This document shows positions 43,545-53,606 of a stretch of DNA of 64,000 nucleotides, one piece after another. The translations under genes and the position numbers were made by a program. Position 1 is the first letter of the stretch, and each line of letters starts with the position of its first letter. This stretch comes from an uncultured Eubacteriales bacterium (GTDB lineage: Bacteria; Bacillota; Clostridia; Oscillospirales; Acutalibacteraceae). The notes below the pieces were generated by a model. That model was given only the letters and a program-made list of their open reading frames with translations. It was not told where the DNA came from and did not search any database. The stretch lies in NCBI GenBank assembly GCA_900322085.1, contig ONYN01000122.1, positions 460 through 64,459 of the forward strand, in the 5' to 3' direction.

Positions 43545-44744
43545 ATGACTATTACTGAGATGCGCAACAAGCGCAACAGACTCGTGGAAACTATGGATGG
43601 TTTCCTTGACACCCACAAGGGCGAACACGGTGCCCTTTCCGCAGCAGACGACGCCACCTACAAGGAGATGGAGGCCGAGTTTGCTTCCCTTACCAATGAA
43701 ATCCAGCGCATGGAGCGCCGTGAGGACATTGAAGCCGAACTCAAGAGACCTGTCAGCAAGCCCATCATCGAAAAGCCGATGACCGCCGACAGCGACAAGC
43801 CCAAGAAGACCGGTCGCGCTTCTGCCGAGTATAAGAATGCGCTGCTTCAGGCCATGAGAACGAACTTCCGTCAGATCAGCAACGTGCTGCAGGAAGGCGT
43901 CGACGCCAACGGCGGCTATCTGGTACCCGATGAGTACGACTCCCGTCTTATCGATATCCTGAACGAGGAGAATGTCATGCGTTCCCTCGGTACCCGCATC
44001 ACCACCAGCGGCGAGCACAAGATCAACATTGCGGCCACCAAGCCTGCGGCAGCGTGGATCGAGGAAGGCGGCACTCTCACTTTCGGTGAGGCGACCTTCG
44101 ACCAGATCATTCTGGACGCGCACAAGCTCCATGTTGCGATCAAGGTGACCGAGGAGCTGCTTTACGACAACGCCTTCAATCTTGAGAACTACATCATCAC
44201 GCAGTTCGGCAAGGCCCTGTCCAATGCCGAGGAAGATGCCTTCATCAACGGTACCGGCGTCGGCCAGCCTCTCGGTATCCTCGCGGCTACCGGTGGCGCA
44301 CAGGTCGGTGTGACCACGGCTTCTTCCACTAAGGTCACCGCTGACGAGATCATCAACCTTGTGTACTCCCTGAAGCGTCCTTATCGCAAGAACGCGGTAT
44401 TCCTCGCCAACGACGTCTGCGTCGCCGAGCTCCGCAAGCTCAAGGACAACAACGGCCAGTACCTCTGGCAGCCTTCTCTGCAGGCCGGTGAGCCGGATCG
44501 CGTTCTGGGCTACAAGGTCTACACCTCTCCGTACTTCCCGGTTCCTACGGCTGGTGGCACTGCTGTCGCCTTCGGTGATTTCAGCTACTACAACATCGGC
44601 GACCGTGGCACCCGCTCTATCGCCGAGCTCAAGGAGCTCTTTGCCGGTAACGGCATGGTCGGCTTTGTCGCCAAGGAGCGTGTCGATGGCAAGCTGGTTC
44701 TTCCTGAAGCCATCAAACTGCTCCAGATGAAGTCCGGATCTTAA
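43545..44744 (+). CDS. Major capsid protein (HK97 family)
   Basis: The N-terminal delta-domain coiled coil is MTITEMRNKRNRLVETMD. Other matches are GGYLVPDEYD ... and the typical HK97-fold C-terminal segments. The RBS is GGAGGT. Confidence 0.85.
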   Translation: MTITEMRNKRNRLVETMDGFLDTHKGEHGALSAADDATYKEMEAEFASLTNEIQRMERREDIEAELKRPVSKPIIEKPMTADSDKPKKTGRASAEYKNALLQAMRTNFRQISNVLQEGVDANGGYLVPDEYDSRLIDILNEENVMRSLGTRITTSGEHKINIAATKPAAAWIEEGGTLTFGEATFDQIILDAHKLHVAIKVTEELLYDNAFNLENYIITQFGKALSNAEEDAFINGTGVGQPLGILAATGGAQVGVTTASSTKVTADEIINLVYSLKRPYRKNAVFLANDVCVAELRKLKDNNGQYLWQPSLQAGEPDRVLGYKVYTSPYFPVPTAGGTAVAFGDFSYYNIGDRGTRSIAELKELFAGNGMVGFVAKERVDGKLVLPEAIKLLQMKSGS

Positions 44745-44762
44745 CGAAAGGAGGCAGCGGTG

Positions 44763-45074
44763 ATGGCGACTCTTCTTGAGAAAGTCAAACAGAATCTGAT
44801 CCTCAACCATTCGGCAGATGATGAGCTTATCGAGAGATATATCACCGCTGCCATTTCTTATGCGGAAAGCTATCAGCACATTCCAGCGGGCACCTACTCC
44901 CAAAACGAGATGCCCGCTACTACGGAGCAGGCCATTATCATGCTGGCGAGTCATTTCTACGAATCCAGAGATGGATCAACCGGTGGTTTCTTTGCGGACA
45001 ATACGAATGCGGCGCAGCAGGTGTGGAACACAGTCAATCTGCTGCTTCGGCTTGACCGAGACTGGAAGGTGTGA
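44763..45074 (+). CDS. Head-tail connector (gp6-like)
   Basis: The segments are KQNLILNHSADDELIERYITAAISYAESY. Size and position are canonical. Confidence 0.7.
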   Translation: MATLLEKVKQNLILNHSADDELIERYITAAISYAESYQHIPAGTYSQNEMPATTEQAIIMLASHFYESRDGSTGGFFADNTNAAQQVWNTVNLLLRLDRDWKV

Positions 45075-45075
45075 C

Positions 45076-45411
45076 ATGAGCTACGGAAAAATGAATCGTC
45101 CTGCACAGATCACAGAAGTGCGGAACGTGAAAGACAGCGAGGGCTTTTCTTCAAAGCAAGATGTGGTCCTCGCTGAAATTCGCGTATGTCGGGAAGGTCG
45201 GCACGGCTCCGAGCGCTGGGCAAATCTGGCGGCATTCTCGGAGGCTACCGACCTGTTCCGGTTCCGAATGATACCGGGCCTAACAATCACAACGGCCCAT
45301 TTTATCGTCTGTGATGGCGAGCGCTTCAACATCACCTCGGTTGAAGACATGAAAGGACGCGGTATGTACACAGAGGTGCTTGCAAAGAAGGTGGTGACGA
45401 GCATTGGCTAA
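45076..45411 (+). CDS. Head closure / head-tail adaptor protein
   Basis: The protein is 111 aa. The segments are RNVKDSEG ... LFRFRMIPGLTITTAHFIVCDGERFNITSVED. The order is canonical. Confidence 0.65.
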   Translation: MSYGKMNRPAQITEVRNVKDSEGFSSKQDVVLAEIRVCREGRHGSERWANLAAFSEATDLFRFRMIPGLTITTAHFIVCDGERFNITSVEDMKGRGMYTEVLAKKVVTSIG

Positions 45412-45835
45412 GGTTGATATCAAGTTACCGGATGACTTTCTGAACAAAGTCCAGAACCTTGGCAGTCAGGAAGACGGCATTGCCGAGCGGGTCCTGCAGG
45501 CTGGTGCTGACGTTGTCCTGTCGAAGGTTAAGAGCAATCTCTCCGGCGCAGTAGGACGAGGAACAAAATACCCATCGCGTTCGACCGGTGAACTGGAAGG
45601 CGCTCTCGGTGCCTCATCCGTAAAGGTGGATCGGCAAGGGAACCACAACATCAAGATCGGTTTTGCCGAACCTCGTTCCGACGGAGACAGCAACGCAAAA
45701 ATCGCCAATATTCTGGAATACGGAAAGCACGGTCAACCTGCAAAACCCTTCTTGAAACCCGCAAAATCGTCTACCCGATCCGAGTGCATTTCTGCGATGC
45801 AACAGAAGTTTGAAGAGGAGGTCAGAAATATATGA
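45404..45835 (+). CDS. HK97 gp10-family tail-head joining protein
   Basis: The segments are LQAGADVVLSKVKSNL ... NILEYGKHGQPAKPFLKPA. It has a TTG start. Confidence 0.7.
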   Translation: MAKVDIKLPDDFLNKVQNLGSQEDGIAERVLQAGADVVLSKVKSNLSGAVGRGTKYPSRSTGELEGALGASSVKVDRQGNHNIKIGFAEPRSDGDSNAKIANILEYGKHGQPAKPFLKPAKSSTRSECISAMQQKFEEEVRNI

Positions 45836-46173
45836 GCCTTCTTGAAGATATACAGGAAGTCCTGTCCGAACTCAACATCCCGATTGAGACCGGCGTTTTC
45901 TCAGATGAAGCACCGGACCAGTACATCGTTGTGGTACCGCTTGCAGACACCTTTGATTTGCATGCGGATAACTCTCCGGGTGTTGATGTTCAAGAGGCGC
46001 GACTTTCTCTTTTTTCAAAAGGCAGCTATACAGCTGCGAAAAACAGACTTGTCCGTTTACTGCTGCGGGAAGATTTCACGATCACCGACCGCAGATATAA
46101 CGGCTATGAAACCGATACGGGCTACCACCACTATGTGGTCGACGTGGCCCAATACTATGAAATGGAGGTATAA
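45832..46173 (+). CDS. Tail terminator / tail completion protein candidate
   Basis: The protein is 113 aa, and the call rests on its position between gp10-like and the major tail protein. Confidence 0.5.
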   Translation: MSLLEDIQEVLSELNIPIETGVFSDEAPDQYIVVVPLADTFDLHADNSPGVDVQEARLSLFSKGSYTAAKNRLVRLLLREDFTITDRRYNGYETDTGYHHYVVDVAQYYEMEV

Positions 46174-46176
46174 CCT

Positions 46177-46806
46177 ATGGCTACAATCGGTCTTGATAAA
46201 CTGTACTACTCCAAAATCACTGAGGACGATGCCGGGAATGAGACCTACGGTGTTCCGAGCGTCCTTGCGAAGGCTATGACGGCGGATCTTTCCGTGGAGC
46301 TCAACGAAGCGACTCTGTACGCTGACGACGGCGCTGCTGAAGTGGTGAAAGAATTCAAATCCGGTACGCTTTCCCTCGGCATTGATGATATCGGCGCTCC
46401 CGTGGCAAGCGACCTCACCGGTTCCACCATCGATACGAACGGCGTCATTATCTCTGCTTCCGAGGATGGCGGCGATCCTGTCGCTGTCGGATTCCGCGCA
46501 AAGAAGTCCAACGGCAAATACAGGTATTACTGGCTGTATCGCGTGAAGTTCGGTATCCCAGCCACCAACCTCGCTACCAAGGGCGACAGCATTACCTTCT
46601 CCACTCCTACCATCGAAGGCACGATCATGCGCCGGAACAGAGTCGATGATTTTGGTAAGCACCCGTGGAAAGCGGAAGTCACCGAGGGTACTGAGGATGT
46701 GGAACAGAGCGTCATCGACGGCTGGTACGAGGAAGTCTACGAGCCCGCTGCCCCTGAACAGGTAAAGATCAATCTGCCCCGTCCGTCCGATAGCGAACTG
46801 ATGTAA
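46177..46806 (+). CDS. Major tail protein
   Basis: The protein is 209 aa, and its position fits. Matching segments are GLDKLYYSKITEDDAGNETYG ... YRYYWLYRVKFGIP. Confidence 0.75.
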   Translation: MATIGLDKLYYSKITEDDAGNETYGVPSVLAKAMTADLSVELNEATLYADDGAAEVVKEFKSGTLSLGIDDIGAPVASDLTGSTIDTNGVIISASEDGGDPVAVGFRAKKSNGKYRYYWLYRVKFGIPATNLATKGDSITFSTPTIEGTIMRRNRVDDFGKHPWKAEVTEGTEDVEQSVIDGWYEEVYEPAAPEQVKINLPRPSDSELM

Positions 46807-46816
46807 GGAGGGCCGC

Positions 46817-47203
46817 ATGATGGATAACGAACGCGCTACTGTAATCGCCGTCGGCGGCGAAGAATACGAGCTGCTTCTGACCACCAAAGCCACCAAGGAA
46901 ATCGCCGGACGCTACGGCGGTCTGGAGAACCTCGGCGACAAGCTGATGAAGAACGAGAACTTTGAAATGGCCATCGGCGAGATCGTGTGGCTAATCACGC
47001 TTCTGGCCAATCAGAGCATTCTCATTTACAACATCAAACACAAGGATAAGCCGAAGCCGGTACTGACCGAGGATGAGGTTGAGCTTCTCACCACTCCTTA
47101 TGATCTGGCCGGTTACAAGGCGGCTATCACACAGGCTCTCTACAAAGGCACCAAGCGAAATGTGGAAAGTGAGCCAGACTCAAAAAACGCGGAAGTCGGG
47201 TAA
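46817..47203 (+). CDS. Tail assembly chaperone (G-like, zero-frame product)
   Basis: The protein is 128 aa and lies between the major tail and tape measure genes. It ends 13 nt after the slippery heptamer. Confidence 0.75.
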   Translation: MMDNERATVIAVGGEEYELLLTTKATKEIAGRYGGLENLGDKLMKNENFEMAIGEIVWLITLLANQSILIYNIKHKDKPKPVLTEDEVELLTTPYDLAGYKAAITQALYKGTKRNVESEPDSKNAEVG

Positions 47204-47391
47204 GTGACGAGGAGTTATTTACCCGACTTTTATACTACGGCATCTGCCACCTCCATCTGTCAATGGATGAAGTGTGGCTGATGCCGTTCGGTCTATTACT
47301 GGACCTGTGGGAATGCCATAAGCAATACACGGGAAATGCGGTCCCGAAACGGGAACACTTCATCGACGACATTATCCCGGACGGAATCTGA
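46817..47391 (+). CDS. Tail assembly chaperone, -1 frameshift product (GT-like)
   Basis: The slippery A_AAA_AAC at 47182-47188 is in the correct zero-frame phase (TCA AAA AAC). The -1 frame is open from there to TGA at 47389-47391 (KKRGSRVSDEELFTRLLYYGICHLHLSMDEVWLMPFGLLLDLWECHKQY...). Confidence 0.7.
47182..47225 (+). promoter_or_regulatory. Programmed -1 ribosomal frameshift signal (slippery heptamer + downstream hairpin)
   Basis: aaaaaac lies at 47182-47188. A 7-bp stem forms between cgggtaa (47197-47203) and ttacccg (47219-47225), 8 nt downstream. Confidence 0.65.
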
Positions 47392-47409
47392 AGAAAGGAG
47401 GCGGCATAA

Positions 47410-49950
47410 ATGGCAGATAATTTTGGATTAAAAATCGGTCTTGAGGGCGAGAAGGAATTCAAAAAGGCTCTATCCGACATCAACTCCTCCTTTAAGGTTC
47501 TCGGCTCGGAAATGAAGCTGGTGTCCTCTCAGTTCGATAAGAACGACAAATCCGTGCAGGCGCTTTCTGCTCGGAACACGGTTCTGAACAAAGAAATCGA
47601 AGCACAGAAACAGAAAATCGAAACGTTGCGTTCAGCTCTTGAGAATGCCGCATCCTCCTTCGGCGAAACCGACAAGCGCACACAGAACTGGCAGATTCAG
47701 CTGAATAATGCGGAGGCTGCGCTTAACGACATGGAGCGTGAGCTCAGCGACAACAACAAGGCTCTGGATGAAGCAGAAAACGGCTTTGATGACGCTGGCA
47801 AAGAAGCAGACGACTTCGGTGAAGAGGTCGAGGATGCCGGTAAGCAGAGCGATGACGCTGGCAGCAAGTTCTCCAAACTCGGTGATGTAGCAAAGAAAGT
47901 CGGCAAGGCGATGGCCGCTGCGGTGGCCGCCATTGGCGCTGCGGCAGTTGCTGCTGGAAAGCAGCTCTGGGATATGGCAAATCAGACTGCGGCAGTCGGT
48001 GACGAAATCGAAAAGAACAGTCAGAAAGTCGGCCTGTCCTATGAGAGCTACCAGAAATGGGACTATGCCATGCAACTGGCTGGCACTTCAATGTCCAGCT
48101 GCACTACCGGCCTGAAGACGCTGACAAACACCTTTGATGACGCTCAAAACGGCAGTGCCGGAGCCATCGAGAAGTTTGAGCGCCTCGGCCTTTCGTTCGA
48201 CGACCTCAAAGGCAAAAGTCGTGAGGAGGTCTTTGCGGCAACGGTCTCGGCCTTGCAGAACGTGACAGACGAAACAGAAAAAGCTGCCCTCGCCAACGAT
48301 ATGTTCGGCAAGAGCGGTCAGGATCTGCTTCCTCTTCTCAACCAGTCTACAGACGCCACACAAGCGCTTCTCGATGAAGCTGAGAAGTATGGCATGGTAA
48401 TGAGCGATGATGCGGTGAAAGCAAGTGCCGCGTTTCAGGACAGCCTCTCCAAATTGAAAGGCACGATGGGCGGTCTAAAAAACAGCATCGTCGGCGACCT
48501 GCTTCCGGGTATCACCATGATTATGGATGGTCTATCCGACCTTGTGGCCGGAAACGAGGAGGCCGGTGAAGAGATCAAAAACGGAGTCGAAAGCGTGATC
48601 ACGTCCATCTCCGAAATGATCCCGCAGGTCATTGAGCTTCTGTCCTTGATCATTGCGGCTGTTCTGGAAAGCGCTCCGCAGATCATCCAAGCACTCGCGC
48701 AGGGCATCTTGGAGACAATACCCACTCTGATCCCCGTGGTCATGGAAGTAATCGCCCAGCTTGTGACGACGCTTCTGGAGCTCCTCCCGCAGCTCATTGA
48801 TGCCGGTATGCAGGTCATTGCCTCGCTGATCATCGGAATCGCGGAAGCTCTGCCCACCTTGATTCCGCAGATGGTCGAGGTGGTTATGCAGATGGTGCAG
48901 ACGCTCGTCGACAACCTGCCGCTTCTCCTTGATGCAGCGCTTCAGCTTATTACGGGCTTTACGCAGGGTATCCTTGACGCCATCCCTGTCATCATCGCGG
49001 CGCTTCCGGAGGTAATTGACTCCATTATCACCTTCATTCTGGATGCCATCCCGCAGATCATCGAAACCGGCATACAGCTGTTGACTTCGCTGGTTGAGGC
49101 ACTCCCGGAGATCATCGCAACCATCGTGGAGGCGATCCCAAAAATCATCAACAACATCATCACTGCCGTGCTGAACGCAATCCCGCAGATTATTCAGGCT
49201 GGTATTCAACTCCTGATTTCTCTGGTGCAGGCGCTTCCGCAGATTATTACAACAATCGTGGCCGCCATTCCTGAGATCATCTCCGGCATTGTCGATGCGG
49301 TTATAAACAACATCCCGCAAATCATCATGGCCGGTGTGGAACTCTTTGTTTCCCTCATCGAGAACCTTCCGACTATCATTGTGGAGATCGTGAAGGCCGT
49401 GCCTCAGATCGTCGAGGGCATTGTGAAAGCATTCGGCTCCCTGATGGGCAAGATCGTGGAGATTGGCGGCAATATCGTCAAGGGCCTCTGGGAAGGTATC
49501 ACGCAGCTTGCAAGCTGGCTGTGGGACAAGGTCTCCGGCTGGATTTCTTCTATCTGGAACGGAATCCTTGACTTCTTTGGCATCCACTCTCCGTCGAAGG
49601 AGATGGCGTGGGTCGGCCAGATGCTTGTGAAAGGTCTGTCCGGCTCCATCGAGGACAACGGCGATGAGGCAGTAAAGGCTGCTGAAGCCATGAGCGAAGA
49701 CATAGACGACGTGATGCAGGACCTTGCCAAGGATATGAACACCGCGCTGCCTACCGACTTCAATGTTGGCAGCAGCATTGGCAGTTCCATTGCGTCTGCA
49801 GCGGACGGTATCCTTTCAAGCGGCTTCCAGCTTGTCCTGAACATCACGAACTTCAACAACTATTCAAGCGAGGACATTGAGCAGCTGACCAACGAGGTCA
49901 TGGTAACCGCCGGTCAGTTTGCCAAGCGGAAAGGAGTGGTATTTGCATGA
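47410..49950 (+). CDS. Tape measure protein
   Basis: The protein is 846 aa and follows the chaperone pair. It has an N-terminal coiled coil, hydrophobic helical repeats and three tandem 132-nt repeats. Confidence 0.85.
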   Translation: MADNFGLKIGLEGEKEFKKALSDINSSFKVLGSEMKLVSSQFDKNDKSVQALSARNTVLNKEIEAQKQKIETLRSALENAASSFGETDKRTQNWQIQLNNAEAALNDMERELSDNNKALDEAENGFDDAGKEADDFGEEVEDAGKQSDDAGSKFSKLGDVAKKVGKAMAAAVAAIGAAAVAAGKQLWDMANQTAAVGDEIEKNSQKVGLSYESYQKWDYAMQLAGTSMSSCTTGLKTLTNTFDDAQNGSAGAIEKFERLGLSFDDLKGKSREEVFAATVSALQNVTDETEKAALANDMFGKSGQDLLPLLNQSTDATQALLDEAEKYGMVMSDDAVKASAAFQDSLSKLKGTMGGLKNSIVGDLLPGITMIMDGLSDLVAGNEEAGEEIKNGVESVITSISEMIPQVIELLSLIIAAVLESAPQIIQALAQGILETIPTLIPVVMEVIAQLVTTLLELLPQLIDAGMQVIASLIIGIAEALPTLIPQMVEVVMQMVQTLVDNLPLLLDAALQLITGFTQGILDAIPVIIAALPEVIDSIITFILDAIPQIIETGIQLLTSLVEALPEIIATIVEAIPKIINNIITAVLNAIPQIIQAGIQLLISLVQALPQIITTIVAAIPEIISGIVDAVINNIPQIIMAGVELFVSLIENLPTIIVEIVKAVPQIVEGIVKAFGSLMGKIVEIGGNIVKGLWEGITQLASWLWDKVSGWISSIWNGILDFFGIHSPSKEMAWVGQMLVKGLSGSIEDNGDEAVKAAEAMSEDIDDVMQDLAKDMNTALPTDFNVGSSIGSSIASAADGILSSGFQLVLNITNFNNYSSEDIEQLTNEVMVTAGQFAKRKGVVFA

Positions 49951-50672
49951 ATTACTTTGAATACAACGGGACACGTTCGGATGATATGGGCCTGCGCATT
50001 GAAAGCAAGAATGTATTCTCCGCTCCGAAGTATGATGCGAAGTTCACCACCATTCCCGGCAGAGATGGCGAGCTGATTGTACCAAACTATCGATACCCCA
50101 ATGTTCAAGTGACATATACCGTGTTCGTGCCTGCAAAGAGCATCTCAGAGCTCTCTGCGCGGATCACCGCTATTAAGGCATGGCTTTACACCGAGCCGGA
50201 TCGGTATCACGAACTGCGTGACTCCTATGACAGCACCTTTTTCAGGAGAGCGGTAATAAACACGCAGCTTGACATCGAGGATCAGCTAAACAAGATCGGG
50301 ACATTTACGGTTTCGTTTTCTTGCCATCCGTTCCGTTTCAGCGAAGAAGGACAAACACCGGTTTCTGTAGGAAACGGTGGAACAATCATCAATCCATTCG
50401 CCTTTCCCTCGAAGCCGGTCATCAAGATCTCCGGCAGTGGAGATGGTGTACTGAGAGTTATCAACGGTGCTATAAACCTTTGGAACATCACGGACATTGA
50501 GAACGGAATGCTCATCGACAGCGGTCAGATGAACTGCTACAAGGATGCAGTACCGCTCAACGACCGTGTCAGCGGCGACGGCTTCCCGCTGCTGTATCCC
50601 GGCACAAGCCATATCGTCTATCAGGGCGGTATCACTTCCGTTGAGATCACTCCGGGGTGGTGTACGCTATGA
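49947..50672 (+). CDS. Distal tail protein (Dit-like)
   Basis: The protein is 241 aa and lies immediately after the tape measure gene with an ATGA overlap. The N-terminus is FEYNGTRSDDMGL. Confidence 0.7.
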   Translation: MNYFEYNGTRSDDMGLRIESKNVFSAPKYDAKFTTIPGRDGELIVPNYRYPNVQVTYTVFVPAKSISELSARITAIKAWLYTEPDRYHELRDSYDSTFFRRAVINTQLDIEDQLNKIGTFTVSFSCHPFRFSEEGQTPVSVGNGGTIINPFAFPSKPVIKISGSGDGVLRVINGAINLWNITDIENGMLIDSGQMNCYKDAVPLNDRVSGDGFPLLYPGTSHIVYQGGITSVEITPGWCTL

Positions 50673-52498
50673 TCCCGGTACTCTACAGAGCGGACGCGAC
50701 CGAGTTCTCCTCCTTCGGCATCGGAGCCCTTGCGGACTGTATTTCCTGCGAGGTGTCGGAGGAACGCAATGGAGCGTTTGAACTCACCATGAAGTATCCG
50801 GTCACCGGAAGGAACTATAAAGAGCTGGCAAACGAGAGACTTGTAAAAGCAAAGCCTAACGACACAGCACGTGATCAGGTCTTTCGTATTTACAGGATTA
50901 CCACTCCGCTTGATGGAGTGGTTTCTGTTTATGCACAGCATATTTCATACGACCTGTCAAATGTCGCAGCCCTTCTGTGGTCAAGCGAACAGATATCTCC
51001 GACGCTGGCTATGGAACGGGTGTTTCAGAATACTGCAACACCGCACAATTTTACCTGCCAAACGGAATACTCCGAGGCAAAACCCTTCTCGGTATCAAGG
51101 CCGCAGAGCGTCCGGGCATGTCTTGGAGGTGTCGCCGGTTCGTTTCTTGACCTCTGGGGCGGCGAATATGAGTGGGATAACTTCAGGGTGATCCACCACC
51201 AGAGGCGTGGTCAGCAGACGGGTGTCGTTATCGAGTACGGTAAGAACCTCACGAAGATGGAGCATGACGCGGACGACACCGATGTGTACACCGACATTCT
51301 CCCGTATGCCGTACAGACCGATGAAAACGGAACCGAAACAGTCATCACGCTGCAGGAGGTCCTTATACCCATCACCGGCTCGGAGCTCTCAAGGCGAAAG
51401 ACACTGATAAAGGACTTCACAGAGAACTTCGACTTCGGCACGATCATTTCGGAGGAGGCACTCAGGGCGAAGGCTAACAGCTGGCTTACCGCGAACCCGT
51501 CCGGCGTGACTGCTCCCACGCTGACCGTAGCCTTCGAGCCTTTGTGGAAACAGCCGGAGTACGCTGCAGTACTGGAGCGAGTATCCCTTTGCGACACGGT
51601 CACGATACGGCACTCCGTTCTTGGCGTGACCGCAAAGGCAAAGGTCATCAAGACGATTTACGACACCCTCTCCGAAAAATACAAGTCCATTACTCTCGGA
51701 AGCGCGAAGGCAAACTTTATTAACACGGTTTCAGAGACCCAGCAGACCGTGCAGCAGGTCTCGACAAAAATCGACAGATTTCCCGCGCTTTTGAATGCAG
51801 CGGTCTCGTCGGCCACAAATCTCATCACCGGCCAGACGGGAGGTTATGTCGTTATTCATCAGGACGCGGATTCCGGGCAGCCGTATGAGCTACTGATCCT
51901 CGACCATCCGGATATCGAAAGCGCAGTCAATGTATGGCGCTGGAACGTGGGCGGACTTGGATTTTCCCATAACGGCTACAACGGACCATACGAAACCGCC
52001 ATCACATCGGACGGCCAGATCGTCGCGGACTTCATCACTTCTGGGACGCTGGTGGCCAACATCATCAAGGCGGGAGTGCTGTCCTCTCAGGACGGTTCAT
52101 CCTATTGGGATCTTGAGACTGGCGAAATTCATCTGACGGCCTACGCGACTACAACACAGATGGAGGAAGTTTCCGACCGCGTCGATGTGATTGAGGATCA
52201 ACGAATGCTCCGGCTTGTGATCTCGTCCACCAACGGAAACATCTTCAAGAATGGCATTATCAACACGACGCTGTATGCGACCGTGTTTTCGTGGGACGAG
52301 AACATAACCGACGAGCTTGACCCGAACCAGTTTATATGGACCCGTGTCTCTGATGACGCAGCCAGCGATGCCGCTTGGAACAGCGCACACTTTGGAGGCA
52401 CGAAATCCATTGATATAACGTCCGATGACGTCCGGGTAAGGGCGACCTTCTTCTGCGACCTCATCGATCCAATTACAAGAAACAGCTTACTCGGCTGA
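50669..52498 (+). CDS. Tail-associated (Tal-like) baseplate/endopeptidase-tail protein
   Basis: The N-terminus, MIPVLYRADATEFSSFGIGALADCISCEVSEERNGAFELTMKYP, is typical of the siphophage prophage-tail family. The ATGA start overlaps dit. Confidence 0.7.
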   Translation: MIPVLYRADATEFSSFGIGALADCISCEVSEERNGAFELTMKYPVTGRNYKELANERLVKAKPNDTARDQVFRIYRITTPLDGVVSVYAQHISYDLSNVAALLWSSEQISPTLAMERVFQNTATPHNFTCQTEYSEAKPFSVSRPQSVRACLGGVAGSFLDLWGGEYEWDNFRVIHHQRRGQQTGVVIEYGKNLTKMEHDADDTDVYTDILPYAVQTDENGTETVITLQEVLIPITGSELSRRKTLIKDFTENFDFGTIISEEALRAKANSWLTANPSGVTAPTLTVAFEPLWKQPEYAAVLERVSLCDTVTIRHSVLGVTAKAKVIKTIYDTLSEKYKSITLGSAKANFINTVSETQQTVQQVSTKIDRFPALLNAAVSSATNLITGQTGGYVVIHQDADSGQPYELLILDHPDIESAVNVWRWNVGGLGFSHNGYNGPYETAITSDGQIVADFITSGTLVANIIKAGVLSSQDGSSYWDLETGEIHLTAYATTTQMEEVSDRVDVIEDQRMLRLVISSTNGNIFKNGIINTTLYATVFSWDENITDELDPNQFIWTRVSDDAASDAAWNSAHFGGTKSIDITSDDVRVRATFFCDLIDPITRNSLLG

Positions 52499-52514
52499 TT
52501 AAGGAGGAACTTTT

Positions 52515-53594
52515 ATGAGCAGAGCACAAGGTCAATTTACAATCATTGACTATAACGATGCGCTGACCCTGACCGGCTACATCGGCAGCAATCATCCGAA
52601 AACGCAGATGTTCAATCCGGACAACGGCAGCTATACACCAAGCTGGGCAAGCACAAATCTTGTCTTGACGCCCAGCCTTTATGTGATCGGTACGACCACG
52701 GATCAGATCACCTCGGAGAACGTGACCTCGGTCAAGTGGTATCAGGGTACCTCGACCACTCCGATTGCGAGCGGCGGCAACTATACGCTCAACGGAGCTA
52801 AGAGCCACATTCTGACGGTCAAGGCAAACATTATGGCCGGTCTTCCCGGCGTGGACTTCAAGTGCGAGATCACCTACAGAGACCCCAGCACCGGCCTGAC
52901 GCTGGTCCATCCTCTGTCGATTTCGTTCTCCCGCGTGGTCAACGGTTCCGGCATTGTGGACCTTCTCGTTATCACACCGAACGGTAATGTATTCAAGAAT
53001 TCCGAAGTGGCAACGCTGACTGCGAAGGCCGAACTCTGGAGAGGCTCAACAGTCGACACCACGAGCGTCTCCTACAAGTGGGCGATGATGGATGCATCTG
53101 TCACGTCTTCCTCCTCAACAGGCTACGACTCAGCCTTCGGCATCGGTTGGAGAAAGCTCACCAATACCGCAAACTTGTACTCCGGTTGCACCACTGCGAC
53201 ACTGACGCTCTACGCGGCAGCCGTGGACAGCTATGCTGTCGTCAAGTGCTGTGCAACGGATACCGATTCTGCGTCTCCGACCTACAACACGAAGTTCTTT
53301 GATGTTGCCACCTTCATTGACAACTCTGACCCGCTGCAGGTAATCATTTCATCCACTGGCGGTGATGTCTTCAAGAACGGCATCGGCAGCACTGTATTGA
53401 CTGCCGTATGCTATCAGGCTGGAGCCGAGGTCGATTCGGCTGGCACCGGAACATATACGTGGACAAAATACAACAAGGACGGTGCTGTGGATACTGCTTG
53501 GGGTACGAACGGAACAAAGACCGGAAAAACGCTGTCGGTTGGTACCGCTGATGTCGATACCAAGGCGACCTTTATGGTAGTCGTCGATCTATAA
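52515..53594 (+). CDS. Tail structural protein (Ig-like repeats), function unknown
   Basis: The call rests on position. Repeated segments include GGDVFKNG and NGNVFKNS. Confidence 0.5.
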   Translation: MSRAQGQFTIIDYNDALTLTGYIGSNHPKTQMFNPDNGSYTPSWASTNLVLTPSLYVIGTTTDQITSENVTSVKWYQGTSTTPIASGGNYTLNGAKSHILTVKANIMAGLPGVDFKCEITYRDPSTGLTLVHPLSISFSRVVNGSGIVDLLVITPNGNVFKNSEVATLTAKAELWRGSTVDTTSVSYKWAMMDASVTSSSSTGYDSAFGIGWRKLTNTANLYSGCTTATLTLYAAAVDSYAVVKCCATDTDSASPTYNTKFFDVATFIDNSDPLQVIISSTGGDVFKNGIGSTVLTAVCYQAGAEVDSAGTGTYTWTKYNKDGAVDTAWGTNGTKTGKTLSVGTADVDTKATFMVVVDL

Positions 53595-53606
53595 GGAGGT
53601 ACGGCT

